Shown one piece after another: positions 21,257 through 31,276 of a stretch of 64,000 bases of DNA. The notes under the pieces were generated by a model. It saw only the letters and a program-made list of their open reading frames with translations, did not search any database and was not told where the DNA came from. The DNA is from an uncultured Phycisphaerales bacterium (GTDB taxonomy: Bacteria; Planctomycetota; Phycisphaerae; Tepidisphaerales; Tepidisphaeraceae). A program made the translations under genes and the position numbers. Positions within the stretch are counted from its first letter, which is position 1. Each line of letters begins with the position of its first letter. The stretch lies in the NCBI GenBank assembly GCA_963758525.1, contig CAVWVQ010000003.1:4384001-4448000 (forward strand), in the 5' to 3' direction.

Positions 21257-22335
21257 TACTCCGCCTCCAGACGCAGCAACTTCTTGTACAGCGGCAGCAC
21301 AGTTTCCCACGTGAACTTCCGCATGACGTGATTGCGGCCGATGAGAATGAGCTTCCGTCGGAGCGCGGAATTGTCGGCGACCATCGCGATCAGCTCCGCG
21401 AGCCGGCGCGGCGATCGCACCGGCGCGAGCAGGCCTGTCGTTCCGTGGCGCACGACATCGCGGATTCCCGGAACGTGCGTCGCAACGACCGGAACGCCGG
21501 CGGCCATTGCCTCGATCAGCACCAGCCCGAATCCTTCGGCCTCCGAAGGGAGCACCAATACATCTATCTTCGCCAGCGCCTCCTGCGGCCGCTCCACCGC
21601 GCCGTGAAACGTCACATGATTCTCCAGGTGCTTGCGCGTCACCATCGCATCCAGCCGCTCGCGTTCGCTTCCGGCGCCGAAGAGATGAAGATGCACCGCA
21701 TCACCCAGGAATGCGACGGCGCGAATCAGATCGGGGATGCGCTTGATCGGATCGAGCCGCCCGATGAATCCCACGCGCACCGGCCGCGAGGGCATGGACG
21801 TATCGCGTCCGGCAAGCTCGGCGAATTCGGCCGGGTCGATCGCGTTCGGAATGATAACGAGCTTTTGGGCGGGAATGTGCGATCGTTCCTGCGCCACTTG
21901 CGCCACCGACTGCGACGGCACGATCACCGCCTTTGCCGCGCGATGCACGATCCATTGCAGTCGCCAGTGCCAGCGGGGCTTTGGCTGCGTCGTTTGAATG
22001 GACTGAAGAAATCGAACCCCTCGCATCCGCAGCGATCCCACGGCAGCGACCACATTCGCGTGCAGCAGAAAGCTGACGACGGTGTCGTATGATTCGGCCC
22101 GCAGGAGGGCGACGAACCGATTAAAAACGCCGAGGTCTTTGCTGCCATGGGCGTCGAGCGTCCTGACGGAAATGCCCCGCGCCTCGAGCTGATCCGCCAC
22201 GGGCCCGCGGCCAGCCAGGCACGCCACGTCCACGCGCACTTCCGGGGGATGATGCAGTCTCAGCGCCAATTCGCGAACGACCGTCGGCGTGCCGCCGATT
22301 TCAAGATCCGTGATGAGCAGGAGAATGCGCCTCAC
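21256..22335 (-). CDS. Glycosyltransferase family 4
   Basis: ITDLEIGGT, IPNAID, IGRLDPIKR, LPSEAEGFGLVLIEAMAAG; GTG start. Confidence 0.92.
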   Translation of the reverse strand: MRRILLLITDLEIGGTPTVVRELALRLHHPPEVRVDVACLAGRGPVADQLEARGISVRTLDAHGSKDLGVFNRFVALLRAESYDTVVSFLLHANVVAAVGSLRMRGVRFLQSIQTTQPKPRWHWRLQWIVHRAAKAVIVPSQSVAQVAQERSHIPAQKLVIIPNAIDPAEFAELAGRDTSMPSRPVRVGFIGRLDPIKRIPDLIRAVAFLGDAVHLHLFGAGSERERLDAMVTRKHLENHVTFHGAVERPQEALAKIDVLVLPSEAEGFGLVLIEAMAAGVPVVATHVPGIRDVVRHGTTGLLAPVRSPRRLAELIAMVADNSALRRKLILIGRNHVMRKFTWETVLPLYKKLLRLEAE

Positions 22336-22430
22336 AGCCGCAGTGTAGACAAAACACCGCGACAGAGCAGCGATGAGATGGAAAATCCGAGGACCAGGGT
22401 GTGGCGCTCGAAAGTGGCGATCGGCTCCGA

Positions 22431-22498
22431 GTAGGGCGGGATTCATCCCGCCGATTTGTTGGCCGGCCGAGAAAACGGCGGGATGAATCCCGCCCTAC
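22431..22498. repeat. GTAG-type REP doublet
   Basis: GTAGGGCGGGATTCATCCCGCCG ... CGGCGGGATGAATCCCGCCCTAC, perfect 23-bp inverted repeat. Confidence 0.9.
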
Positions 22499-22607
22499 GA
22501 TCGCAAAATCTGCAATCGCCACAAATAAAAGTTACACCCGACGACCAACTCCCATTGCTAAATGGCGCTACGCGATCCTGCCCGGTCCGCGGTGACCGAA
22601 AAATGCA

Positions 22608-22705
22608 GAACACGAATCGACACCAATTTCGCACGAATCTTCACGAAGAAGGTTTCCCCGCATTTATTCGTGAGGATTCGTGCCCATTGGTGCAGATTCG
22701 TGTTC
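22608..22705. repeat. Inverted element built from CACGAA(T) submotifs
   Basis: GAACACGAATCGACACCAAT...GCACGAATCTTCACGAA versus TTCGTGAGGATTCGTGC...ATTGGTGCAGATTCGTGTTC. Confidence 0.8.
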
Positions 22706-22796
22706 CCTGTTCATGGATTCGCGCGGATCCCGGGAGATGCCGGGACTGTTCGCAGCAAGGTCATTAAAGAGGTCGTGCGATGTTCTGGAACGTCCT

Positions 22797-23084
22797 CTAA
22801 GCGGGATGGCTGGCGGCTTGGCCGAGATCCAGTTCTCGCCGGGGCGCGTCGCCGCGGCCGCTGGACTCGATCCGATCCAGCGTGCGCGCCACCAGACCTT
22901 TCGGCGGCTCTGGAACCTGATGCAGATCGATTAACTGGAGCAATCGCTCCAGCCGCTGCACACGCGGGCGCAGCGGAGCATTCGCGCCGGCGTACACCGC
23001 CTGACCATTGCCTTTGGCAGATGCCATGCGATCCATCAGCAGATCGATTGCGTGCCGGTCCTCTCGATGAAGTTTCGCGCTCAT
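22797..23084 (-). CDS. Small hypothetical protein downstream of ECF sigma factor
   Basis: MSAKLHREDR...; LLQLIDLHQVPEPPKGLVARTLDRI resembles anti-sigma linker segments. Confidence 0.6.
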   Translation of the reverse strand: MSAKLHREDRHAIDLLMDRMASAKGNGQAVYAGANAPLRPRVQRLERLLQLIDLHQVPEPPKGLVARTLDRIESSGRGDAPRRELDLGQAASHPA

Positions 23085-23240
23085 GAATGTTTCCCGTACG
23101 TGGCCGACCTGATTGTCGGCGACCGCTCCATCCTGAAGCAACCATAGCCTTTCGATCCGTCGAAAAGCTTCAGGTTTAGTCGCGCCAGCCTCACGGCCGA
23201 GATGTGATTACGCGCTGAACACTGTTCTCTCTACGTATCT

Positions 23241-24029
23241 CTACGATGCGTTTCGCCGCCGGTTCGAGGCTCTCCATCGATCCGCGAAATGTGCCACGGC
23301 CGCATGCAGCCGGGACTTCACCGTGCCCAGCGGAATGTCGAGGATGTCGCTGATCTGCTTGTAGGGAAACTGATGGAAGTAGCTGAGCAACAGGATCTCC
23401 CGCAGGTTCTCAGGCATCGTGCCGATCGTGTTCTGCACCAACTGCTGAAGCTCGCGCTTTTCCATCTCGGCGCCGGGGGCTTCGCCCACGGATTCCATCA
23501 GATCGATAAACTCGCCGCCCTCTTCGTCGTTCGGACTGATCGATGCCTGCAGCGGATTTGCCGGCCGACGCGCCTGGGCACGGATCAGATCGCGGGCCTT
23601 GTTGGCCGCTATCGTGAAAAGCCACGGCCGAAACCGGCGCTGCGTGTCGAACGTTTCCGCGGATTGATGGACTTGGAGGAACGTTTCCTGAAACACATCC
23701 TCGGCGCTGGCGTGGTTACTGAGAAACCGGACGAGGAAATGATAGACTTCGCGATGATATCGGTTGACGAGCTGCGCGAAGCATGCTCGGTCACCCTGGC
23801 GATACTCTTCAAGCAGGCGCTCATCCGAGATTGCGGCCGTTGCCGCGGAGCGCGCGAACGCCGCGTGTGGATGTGATACGTCGCCGAGTTTGTCTCGACT
23901 GGTGCCGGGCAACACGTTGGCACCTCCTGTCCCCCTGCGGTTTGAATGTTCCGACACCCCGCGCCCACGATGGGGCGATTGTGCCGCGAGCGTTCTCTCC
24001 GGCTTCGAGGCCTTCATTGCAGCACACAA
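23241..24029 (-). CDS. ECF sigma-70 family RNA polymerase sigma factor; true start probably downstream of the ORF start
   Basis: SDERLL, AEDVFQETFL, FRPWLFTIAANKARD, YKQISDILDIPLGTVKSRLH. Confidence 0.92.
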   Translation of the reverse strand: MCAAMKASKPERTLAAQSPHRGRGVSEHSNRRGTGGANVLPGTSRDKLGDVSHPHAAFARSAATAAISDERLLEEYRQGDRACFAQLVNRYHREVYHFLVRFLSNHASAEDVFQETFLQVHQSAETFDTQRRFRPWLFTIAANKARDLIRAQARRPANPLQASISPNDEEGGEFIDLMESVGEAPGAEMEKRELQQLVQNTIGTMPENLREILLLSYFHQFPYKQISDILDIPLGTVKSRLHAAVAHFADRWRASNRRRNAS

Positions 24030-24095
24030 GGTAAACCGGTAATGTTCACGACGTCAACCACAATCCCTCAAGTTCTTGCACTCTTTGCAGATCAT

Positions 24096-25169
24096 ATGCC
24101 GCCAGACGAGGTGGATTCGACGGTCCTGCGGTTTTTCGGGGAAGATGCCGCGCAATTCGACGCTCACATGGCCGCCTGGGGGTGGCCGGTATTTCGAGCC
24201 AAACAGATCCGCGATTGGGTCTACGACAAGTCGATCGCCGATCCGGCGAAGATGTCCAACCTGTCGCAGTGCGACCGCGAAACGCTGGGGCAACGCGTGG
24301 CTTTCCGGTCGGCAGGCATCGCGAACCGCCAGCAGAGCAGCGACGGCACGCTCAAGCTCGTGCTCACCTGGCCCGACGGCGCGAATGCCGAGACGGTGAT
24401 GATCCCCGATGGCGACCGTCGCACCGCGTGCATCAGCTCGCAGGTTGGATGTCCCGTCGGCTGTAAGTTCTGCGCCAGCGGAATCAACGGCGTGAAGGGC
24501 AACCTGCCGGCAGCCCGGATCGTCGAGCAGGTGTATGAGCTGAATTTGGAACTGAAGCCGCTGCGGGAGCGGATCACCAACATCGTCTTCATGGGCATGG
24601 GCGAGCCGATGGCCAATTACGCCAATGTCATGCAGGCGGTCCGCGTGCTGCACGATCCGGGTTGCTTCAATATCGGCGCGCGGCGCATCACCATTTCCAC
24701 CGTCGGCGTGCCGCCGCGCATGCGCGATCTGGCCCGCGAAGGGCTTCCGATCAATCTTGCCATTTCCCTGCACGCTCCGACTGAGGCGCTGCGAAAGGAA
24801 CTGATTCCCTGGGCCGAGCACTTCTCGCTGGAAGATATTCTCGACGCCGCCCGATATTATTTTGATGAGACGGGCCGGGAGATCACGCTCGAATATATTC
24901 TGCTGAGCGGCGTCAATGACCGTCCGGAGCATGCCCGGCAGCTGGCCAAGCTCTGCAAGACGTTGCGGGCGAACGTGAATCTCATCCGGTATAACGAGGT
25001 GGAAGGGCTTCCCTTCGGCCGGCCGAAAGCGGATGACGTGATGAAATTCCAGGAGATTTTGCGGGAGAGCGGCATCAACGCGCATGTCCGCAAGTCGCGC
25101 GGGCGCGACATCGACGCCGCCTGCGGGCAGCTGCGGCGCAAGACGATCCCGATGCCGGTAATCGCATGA
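24096..25169 (+). CDS. rlmN: Dual-specificity RNA methyltransferase RlmN (radical SAM)
   Basis: CISSQVGCPVGCKFCASG, FMGMGEP, ISLHA, RGRDIDAACGQL; start approximate. Confidence 0.95.
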   Translation: MPPDEVDSTVLRFFGEDAAQFDAHMAAWGWPVFRAKQIRDWVYDKSIADPAKMSNLSQCDRETLGQRVAFRSAGIANRQQSSDGTLKLVLTWPDGANAETVMIPDGDRRTACISSQVGCPVGCKFCASGINGVKGNLPAARIVEQVYELNLELKPLRERITNIVFMGMGEPMANYANVMQAVRVLHDPGCFNIGARRITISTVGVPPRMRDLAREGLPINLAISLHAPTEALRKELIPWAEHFSLEDILDAARYYFDETGREITLEYILLSGVNDRPEHARQLAKLCKTLRANVNLIRYNEVEGLPFGRPKADDVMKFQEILRESGINAHVRKSRGRDIDAACGQLRRKTIPMPVIA

Positions 25170-26008
25170 GATCAAGACGTGCTTTCAGCCTTGCCGAGTT
25201 GCTTGTGGTGCTGGGAATTCTCGGAATTCTCATCGCAATCCTGTTGCCGTACCTGGAGAAAGTGCGCGAATCGGAGCGGCGCGTGCAGTGCGCCAGCAAT
25301 CTGAAAACGATCATGCAGGCGCTGAGCGCCTACGCAAATTCCAATGCTCATTTTTACCCGCGCACGACTTTCGATAAATCGCACAGCGGATACACGTGCT
25401 ACACCGGAGCCGAGTCGCTCGATCCTTTTGCCAAAGACTCGAAGGTGCAGCCGAACGATGTGACCGCGTCGCTGTGGCTCCTGGTGCGCGAGGGGTATAC
25501 GCAGCCCAAGCTGTTCGTCTGTCCGGGCTCCGGCGATGATGTGGATCGCATGCGCAGCGGCGGTGAGGTGGTCAGCGCCGACAAGCGATCCAACTTCACG
25601 TCAGGCCAGTATCTCAGCTACTCGTATTCGTCGCCGTTCAGCACCGCGCCGGGCTACGAGATGAACGACACCCAGCAGGCGGATTTTGCGATCATGGCCG
25701 ACATGAATCCCGGCGTGATCGGGCCGGCGTACGATGCTTCGCCGTTTGAATTGGCGAAGAGCAACTCCAACAACCATCAGAAAGCCGGACAGAACGTGCT
25801 CTACGCGGACGGACACGTGCAATTTCAGATGACCCCGTATTGCGGCGCGGGGGAGGCCGATCGCCGCGATAACATTTACACGGCGCGGGCGCCGATCCCG
25901 CTCGCTGCCAGCCAGTTGCCGCCGCCGGAGAGCACCGGCTTTCCCGGGCGCGACATCTCCCCGGCCGGCACCAACGACAGCTATCTGGTTCCGACGGACG
26001 ATGATTGA
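25166..26008 (+). CDS. Prepilin-type N-terminal methylation / H-X9-DG (DUF1559-like) protein
   Basis: RRAFSLAELLVVLGILGILIAILLP, CASNLK, NHQKAGQNVLYADGHV. Confidence 0.88.
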   Translation: MRSRRAFSLAELLVVLGILGILIAILLPYLEKVRESERRVQCASNLKTIMQALSAYANSNAHFYPRTTFDKSHSGYTCYTGAESLDPFAKDSKVQPNDVTASLWLLVREGYTQPKLFVCPGSGDDVDRMRSGGEVVSADKRSNFTSGQYLSYSYSSPFSTAPGYEMNDTQQADFAIMADMNPGVIGPAYDASPFELAKSNSNNHQKAGQNVLYADGHVQFQMTPYCGAGEADRRDNIYTARAPIPLAASQLPPPESTGFPGRDISPAGTNDSYLVPTDDD

Positions 26009-26040
26009 ATTCAGCTCGTGACGGCATAGGATCACCCCAT

Positions 26041-29000
26041 ATGAGTTCAACCCTTCCCGACGCCATCGGGCGGCTGCTCGCTGCGCGCCCGCTCCAGGAT
26101 CTCGCCAAATCGCTGGCCGAAACGACCGCGCTGTCGGCCAGCGGTTTGTGGGGCAGCAGCGTCGCGGCAGTTGTCGCGGCAGTCGAAAAGACGCTCCAGC
26201 GTCCGGTGCTGGTGGTATGCGGGCATCTCGACGAAGCCGACGACCTCTCCGACGACATCGAGTTATTCTCGGGAAAACGCCCTGAGGTGCTCCCCGCACT
26301 GGAGATGGGCGGCAGCCTGGGGCATATGAGCGAGGAGCTGGTCTCCAACCGGCTCGGATTGCTGTCGCGAATGAGCGTCGACGGCGGAATGCCTCGGTTT
26401 CTCATCGCATCGATCCAGGCGCTGATGCAGCCGGTCCCATCTCGCAGGCAACTGGACGAACTGCTCTTCACCGTGAAGTCCGGCCAGAAGCTCGAACCCG
26501 AGAAGCTGATCGTCTGGCTCTCCGATCACGGATACAACCGCCTCGAGCAGGTTGAAGTCCCCGGAGATTTCGCCGTCCGCGGCGGCATTATCGACGTTTA
26601 CATCCCGGGCGAATTTGAAGTCTCCGGCGAAGAGGTCGGACTCGCGGCCCGCATCGATTTCTTTGACGATCAGATCGAGTCGATCAAGCGCTTTGATCTC
26701 GACACGATGGGATCACTCCAGACGCTGGAATCGGTGCGCCTTGTCGATCTCAAAGGCGCTCTGCCCGACAGTGGCGAATCGACGAGCCTCTTCCGCTATC
26801 TCCCCGCCGACACGATTGTCGCGCTCTGGGCCCCGCTGGAAATTGCCGAGCAGGGGAAGAGCTATCTCGACCGGCTCAACGACGTAAAAGGGATGTATCC
26901 GCTGAGCGCCCTGCTTCAGCAGGCGCAAGGCTTCGCCCGCCTGGAGCTGAGCCAATTCGATCAGGGAACCTCCGCCGGCCCGAGCCTGGTCGGCGGCAAG
27001 GCCGTTCCGCACGTGAAGCTTCCGGTGCGATCGCTGCAGCGGTTCGAGACGGAAGCAAAGAAAGCCATCGGCGAGCTTGCGGAGCTGGCGGAGACGTCAA
27101 AAGTCACGATCTTTTGCGAGAACGCCGGGGAGATGCAGCGATTCAGCGAGCTGGTGGAGACGGAACGGCCGGGGCTAGCCCAGCGAATCGACGTGCGGCT
27201 CGGCTATTTGCATCGCGGGTTTATTTGGGAAGAAGGGGAGGAAGAAAGGCACGAAGGCACGGAGGCAGTCGCCGCCGTGCCTTCGTGCCTTTCTTCTGTC
27301 GCTCTCCTCGGCCATCACGAACTTTTCCACCGCTATGAGCAGCGACGGCATGTCAGGAAGGTGATCGCCTCGCGGCCGGTCGATTCATTTCTCGATCTCA
27401 AATCGGGCGATTACGTGGTGCATGTGGCCCACGGCATCGCCCGGTTCACCGGAATGCAGACGATCTCGAAGGACGGGCACAGCGAAGAATATCTCACCCT
27501 GCGATTTGCCGAGAACGCGACGCTGCACGTGCCGGCCGCGCGAATCAACCTGATTCAAAAATACGTCGGCAGCTTCCAGGGCCATCCGACGCTTTCGCGC
27601 CTCGGCAGCGGATCATGGGAAAAGCAGAAGGCTAAAGTCGCCGAAGCGGTCATGGACATGGCCGCCGAGCTGCTCGAAATCCAGGCGGCCCGAGCGGCGG
27701 AGCCGGGGATGGCGTATCCGCCGGACACGGACTGGCAGCGCGAATTCGAAGCGGAGTTTCCCTATGAGCCGACGGGCGACCAGGTGATCGCCGCGGAAGA
27801 AATCAAACAGGACATGCAGAAGGCCCGGCCGATGGACCGGCTTCTCTGCGGCGATGTCGGCTACGGCAAAACCGAAATGGCGATGCGCGCGGCGTTCAAA
27901 ACGATCGAGTTTGGCAAGCAGGTTGCCGTGCTCGTCCCCACCACGATTCTGGCCGAGCAGCATTACCGCTCGTTTCGCGAGCGGATGGTCAACTATCCGT
28001 TCGCCGTCGAATCCATCAGCCGGTACAAATCCGCCGCCGAGCAGAAGGAGACCGTCAAACGACTGGCCAAGGGCGAAATTGACATTCTCATCGGCACGCA
28101 CCGCCTGATCAGCAAGGATGTGAAATTCGCCGATCTCGGGCTGGTCGTCATCGACGAGGAACAGCGCTTCGGCGTGACCCACAAGGAGCGATTGAAGCAG
28201 ATGCGCAAGACCGTCGACGTGCTGACGATGTCGGCAACGCCGATTCCCCGCACGCTCCATATGAGCATGCTCGGCCTGCGCGACATCAGCTCCCTCACGA
28301 CCGCGCCGCAAGACCGGCGAAGCATCGTCACCGAGGTGATCGCATACGACAAGCAGCGCATTCAGCAGGCGGTGTTGCGCGAGCTCAACCGGGAGGGGCA
28401 GGTCTATTTTGTTCACAACCGCGTGAACAATATTCTCGAGCAGGCCGATGAGATTCAGCGGATGGTCCCTGACGCGCGGATCATCGTCGGCCACGGTCAG
28501 ATGGCCCAGGGAGAGCTGGAAGAGGTGATGCTGAAATTCGTGCGCCACGAAGCGGACATCCTCGTCTGCACGACCATCATCGAAAGCGGCCTGGACATTC
28601 CCAACGTGAACACAATCCTCATCAACGCGGCAGACCGCTTCGGGCTCAGCGAACTGCATCAGCTCCGCGGACGCGTGGGACGCTACAAGCACCGGGCGTA
28701 TTGCTATTTGTTGCTGCCATCCGATCGGCCGATCACAGACATCGCGGCAAAGCGCCTCAAGGCAATCGAGGAATACAGCCATCTGGGCGCCGGCTTCAAG
28801 ATCGCCATGCGCGATCTGGAAATCCGCGGCGCCGGCAACATCCTCGGGCCCGAGCAGTCGGGCCATATCGCGACGGTGGGTTATGAAATGTATTGCCAGC
28901 TTCTGGAAGAGGCGACTCGCCAGCTCAAGAACGAGCCGAAGAAATCGACGCCCGAGGCGCACGTCGATATCGGCGTCACCGCGTTTCTGCCCAAGACCTA

Positions 29001-29454
29001 CATCCCCGGCGATCGACCCAGAATGGACCTATATCGCCGGCTGACGCGATGCACCGACATGCACATGCTGGCGATGCTGGAGCAGGACATGAAAGACGCC
29101 TTCGGCGATCCGCCACGCCAGGCGCTGGTGTTTCTCGCGCTGACGGAACTGCGCCTGTTGGCCCAGATTTATGGCATCAGCAGCATCATCCGCAAAGAGC
29201 CCGACGTGGTCCTGACCGTGCAGGACGCGAAGAAGGCGCAAGCAGCCCTGACAGGCGCTCCCGGCACCCTCCGCGTGATCGATGACAAAACCGTCTATCT
29301 AAGAATGCCGGCAACTTTTCTTGAGTCTGAAACGTTGTTGATGGTGCTGCGCAATCTGCTGCGCGGGGCGTACGATCGGGACGCGAATGTGACCCCATCC
29401 CCGCAAACCGCAGCACCGCCGAAAGCGATGGCGGCCGTAAAAGTTTCCAACTGA
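26041..29454 (+). CDS. mfd: Transcription-repair coupling factor
   Basis: GDFAVRGGIID, GDYVVHVAHGIA, MDRLLCGDVGYGKTE, IDEEQRFG, SATPIPRT, QLRGRVGR, DLEIRGAGN. Confidence 0.97.
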   Translation: MSSTLPDAIGRLLAARPLQDLAKSLAETTALSASGLWGSSVAAVVAAVEKTLQRPVLVVCGHLDEADDLSDDIELFSGKRPEVLPALEMGGSLGHMSEELVSNRLGLLSRMSVDGGMPRFLIASIQALMQPVPSRRQLDELLFTVKSGQKLEPEKLIVWLSDHGYNRLEQVEVPGDFAVRGGIIDVYIPGEFEVSGEEVGLAARIDFFDDQIESIKRFDLDTMGSLQTLESVRLVDLKGALPDSGESTSLFRYLPADTIVALWAPLEIAEQGKSYLDRLNDVKGMYPLSALLQQAQGFARLELSQFDQGTSAGPSLVGGKAVPHVKLPVRSLQRFETEAKKAIGELAELAETSKVTIFCENAGEMQRFSELVETERPGLAQRIDVRLGYLHRGFIWEEGEEERHEGTEAVAAVPSCLSSVALLGHHELFHRYEQRRHVRKVIASRPVDSFLDLKSGDYVVHVAHGIARFTGMQTISKDGHSEEYLTLRFAENATLHVPAARINLIQKYVGSFQGHPTLSRLGSGSWEKQKAKVAEAVMDMAAELLEIQAARAAEPGMAYPPDTDWQREFEAEFPYEPTGDQVIAAEEIKQDMQKARPMDRLLCGDVGYGKTEMAMRAAFKTIEFGKQVAVLVPTTILAEQHYRSFRERMVNYPFAVESISRYKSAAEQKETVKRLAKGEIDILIGTHRLISKDVKFADLGLVVIDEEQRFGVTHKERLKQMRKTVDVLTMSATPIPRTLHMSMLGLRDISSLTTAPQDRRSIVTEVIAYDKQRIQQAVLRELNREGQVYFVHNRVNNILEQADEIQRMVPDARIIVGHGQMAQGELEEVMLKFVRHEADILVCTTIIESGLDIPNVNTILINAADRFGLSELHQLRGRVGRYKHRAYCYLLLPSDRPITDIAAKRLKAIEEYSHLGAGFKIAMRDLEIRGAGNILGPEQSGHIATVGYEMYCQLLEEATRQLKNEPKKSTPEAHVDIGVTAFLPKTYIPGDRPRMDLYRRLTRCTDMHMLAMLEQDMKDAFGDPPRQALVFLALTELRLLAQIYGISSIIRKEPDVVLTVQDAKKAQAALTGAPGTLRVIDDKTVYLRMPATFLESETLLMVLRNLLRGAYDRDANVTPSPQTAAPPKAMAAVKVSN
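27241..27296. repeat. Perfect 22-bp inverted repeat of the GGCACGAA family inside mfd
   Basis: GAAGAAAGGCACGAAGGCACGG-12 nt-CCGTGCCTTCGTGCCTTTCTTC. Confidence 0.85.
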
Positions 29455-29472
29455 CTCGGTCGTGCGTTTTTT

Positions 29473-29525
29473 GTGGTGCAGGCTTCCAGCCTGCTTCCCA
29501 TGAGCAGGCTGGAAGCCTGCACCAC
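29473..29525. repeat. GTGG-type REP doublet, possibly a bidirectional terminator
   Basis: GTGGTGCAGGCTTCCAGCCTGC ... GCAGGCTGGAAGCCTGCACCAC between convergent mfd and DUF1440 genes; second copy at 35921. Confidence 0.88.
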
Positions 29526-29551
29526 GAAAAGGCGAAATCCACCGCTGCGTG

Positions 29552-30133
29552 TTACCGCAGTAATGGCCGAATGACTCTCAGCGCCGCGTCGAGCACAACG
29601 CCATAGACCAGGTGGCCTGCAAGCCCAGTGGCGTGCGACGACCACGGGCTCTGACGGGGAGGCTTCGCGAGCTTCAGCGCCGGCAGCGCGAGTTCCTCTG
29701 CCCCGAGCCAGACGGCAGTTCCATACGCGGTTCCGTTTCCGAGCGACACTACATCGAAATGCTCGGCCAGCGCGCCGTAGATGCCGCCAACGAGCGTTCC
29801 GAATGCGATGGGAATGATGCCGGCGGCCGTCGCGCGCTCATCGTGGGTCAGTTGATGACTGAACAAGCCGCGCGAGATCGCGGTGGCCGTGCGCTTCGTC
29901 GCCACCGTCGCCTGTTCCGCATTCTCGAGCGGACCCGCGCCAAGCCCCTCGCCGGCAGCTACCTTCGCCGCGCCCTCCCGCGTCTGGGCGTGGCGGGTTT
30001 CCAACTGGTCGGCGACTGCCACTGTCGCCGCTTGGGCGGCGCTCATGATCCACGTCGCGATAAAGCCACCGGCACACCCTGCCGCGAACCCGCTCAGCGT
30101 GCATGGCTCGGTGTCATTTTTGAGGTTGAACAT
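29552..30133 (-). CDS. DUF1440-like membrane protein
   Basis: GGFIATWIMS, FGTLVGGIYGAL, GTAVWLGAEELALPALKL, HLVYG. Confidence 0.75.
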   Translation of the reverse strand: MFNLKNDTEPCTLSGFAAGCAGGFIATWIMSAAQAATVAVADQLETRHAQTREGAAKVAAGEGLGAGPLENAEQATVATKRTATAISRGLFSHQLTHDERATAAGIIPIAFGTLVGGIYGALAEHFDVVSLGNGTAYGTAVWLGAEELALPALKLAKPPRQSPWSSHATGLAGHLVYGVVLDAALRVIRPLLR

Positions 30134-30308
30134 ATTTGTCTCCCTGTGTGGTGAGACACTCGGGCCGCAAATATTGGGCCGAGCGCACTGAGCAGCCTTT
30201 GGTTCATCCCCAGGATCGCCATTAAAGCTGACTCATCTGTACTGGTCGCCCGCAAATTGCACTGCTGCGACAGCTCTGTTTTCAGCCGCCCTTCTCGGGC
30301 CGTCGCAT

Positions 30309-30707
30309 TCACGGATCCGCCTCTGCCAACTTGCCCGACTGCAACTCGGCTTCGATCAGTTCCCGCAGAAGCGATCGGTGGCAGCGTGATTCGCGAATGC
30401 AAGCCGACGAGCAGAGCAGCGTGATCGTTTCGCCGGCGCGCACTCGATCGGCCAGGGCGATGATGCGGGCGCGCTGCATCTTCATCTCATCGAGATAACG
30501 CCGTCGGTAGCTCGCCCAGGGCAGCGTCGACGCGTCCTGAGAATACATTGCCGCGTGCAGCGCTTTCCCTGGCCCCAGATGGGGATCCCACGCATCCCAG
30601 GTTTCGTCGGCTTTCGCAACACCGCGCGGACGATAGCGGCACACCAGCAGACGATAGCCGTCGCCGGGCTCAGGTGGGTCGTTCCAACGTCGGGTTCGGA
30701 TGGGCAC
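30309..30707 (-). CDS. DUF488 (YeaO-like) family protein
   Basis: DGYRLLVCRYRPRGVAK, ITLLC, CHRSLL. Confidence 0.8.
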   Translation of the reverse strand: MPIRTRRWNDPPEPGDGYRLLVCRYRPRGVAKADETWDAWDPHLGPGKALHAAMYSQDASTLPWASYRRRYLDEMKMQRARIIALADRVRAGETITLLCSSACIRESRCHRSLLRELIEAELQSGKLAEADP

Positions 30708-30778
30708 AGCGCGGAATTGTAGCGCCCTATTCGCGCCGCGAGGTCAAAGCACCGCGGATCGATCAGACCGTAACTACC

Positions 30779-31255
30779 TCAAAAGCAGGTAAAAAACGAC
30801 AGATGCAACTCGCAATGCCGAAGGTTCAAATTGATCCACTCATCATGGGTGAGAGGCCCGAAGATCGGATGCGGCAGGGTCGGCGCTTCAGATTGGAGCC
30901 GGTCGAAGGATTGGTGGAATCGCGGCAGCGCCGTGTCGAGCGGCTCTTGCACGATGGCAAGTGTCCCGGCGGGAATCCGCGGGATGCGAAGACCGGCTGG
31001 CATCGGTTTGTGGATCGCCCGCTGTTTCATCGGTCGAAACATGATGCGGAGTGCCAAGGGAATCTTGATGGGAAGGCCGTCGTAGGCGTAGTCAGCCCAT
31101 GAGGCGAGATGATGCATCGCCTGCCCAAGGCGCCACGTGCCGGCGCAGCGAAGTTGGCCGGCGCGCTCCGACACCGCCAGCGCGTCCGCGTCGGCGAGCA
31201 TCTGTTCGATGCTTGCGAACCGAAGAACCCGGCGAACTGGAACTTCTTCAGCCAT
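30779..31255 (-). CDS. DUF1569 / DinB-like protein
   Basis: WRLGQAMHHL, HPIFGPLTHDEW...LRHCELHLSF. Confidence 0.8.
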   Translation of the reverse strand: MAEEVPVRRVLRFASIEQMLADADALAVSERAGQLRCAGTWRLGQAMHHLASWADYAYDGLPIKIPLALRIMFRPMKQRAIHKPMPAGLRIPRIPAGTLAIVQEPLDTALPRFHQSFDRLQSEAPTLPHPIFGPLTHDEWINLNLRHCELHLSFFTCF

Positions 31256-31276
31256 GGGTGCGGTTTCGAACCGCTT

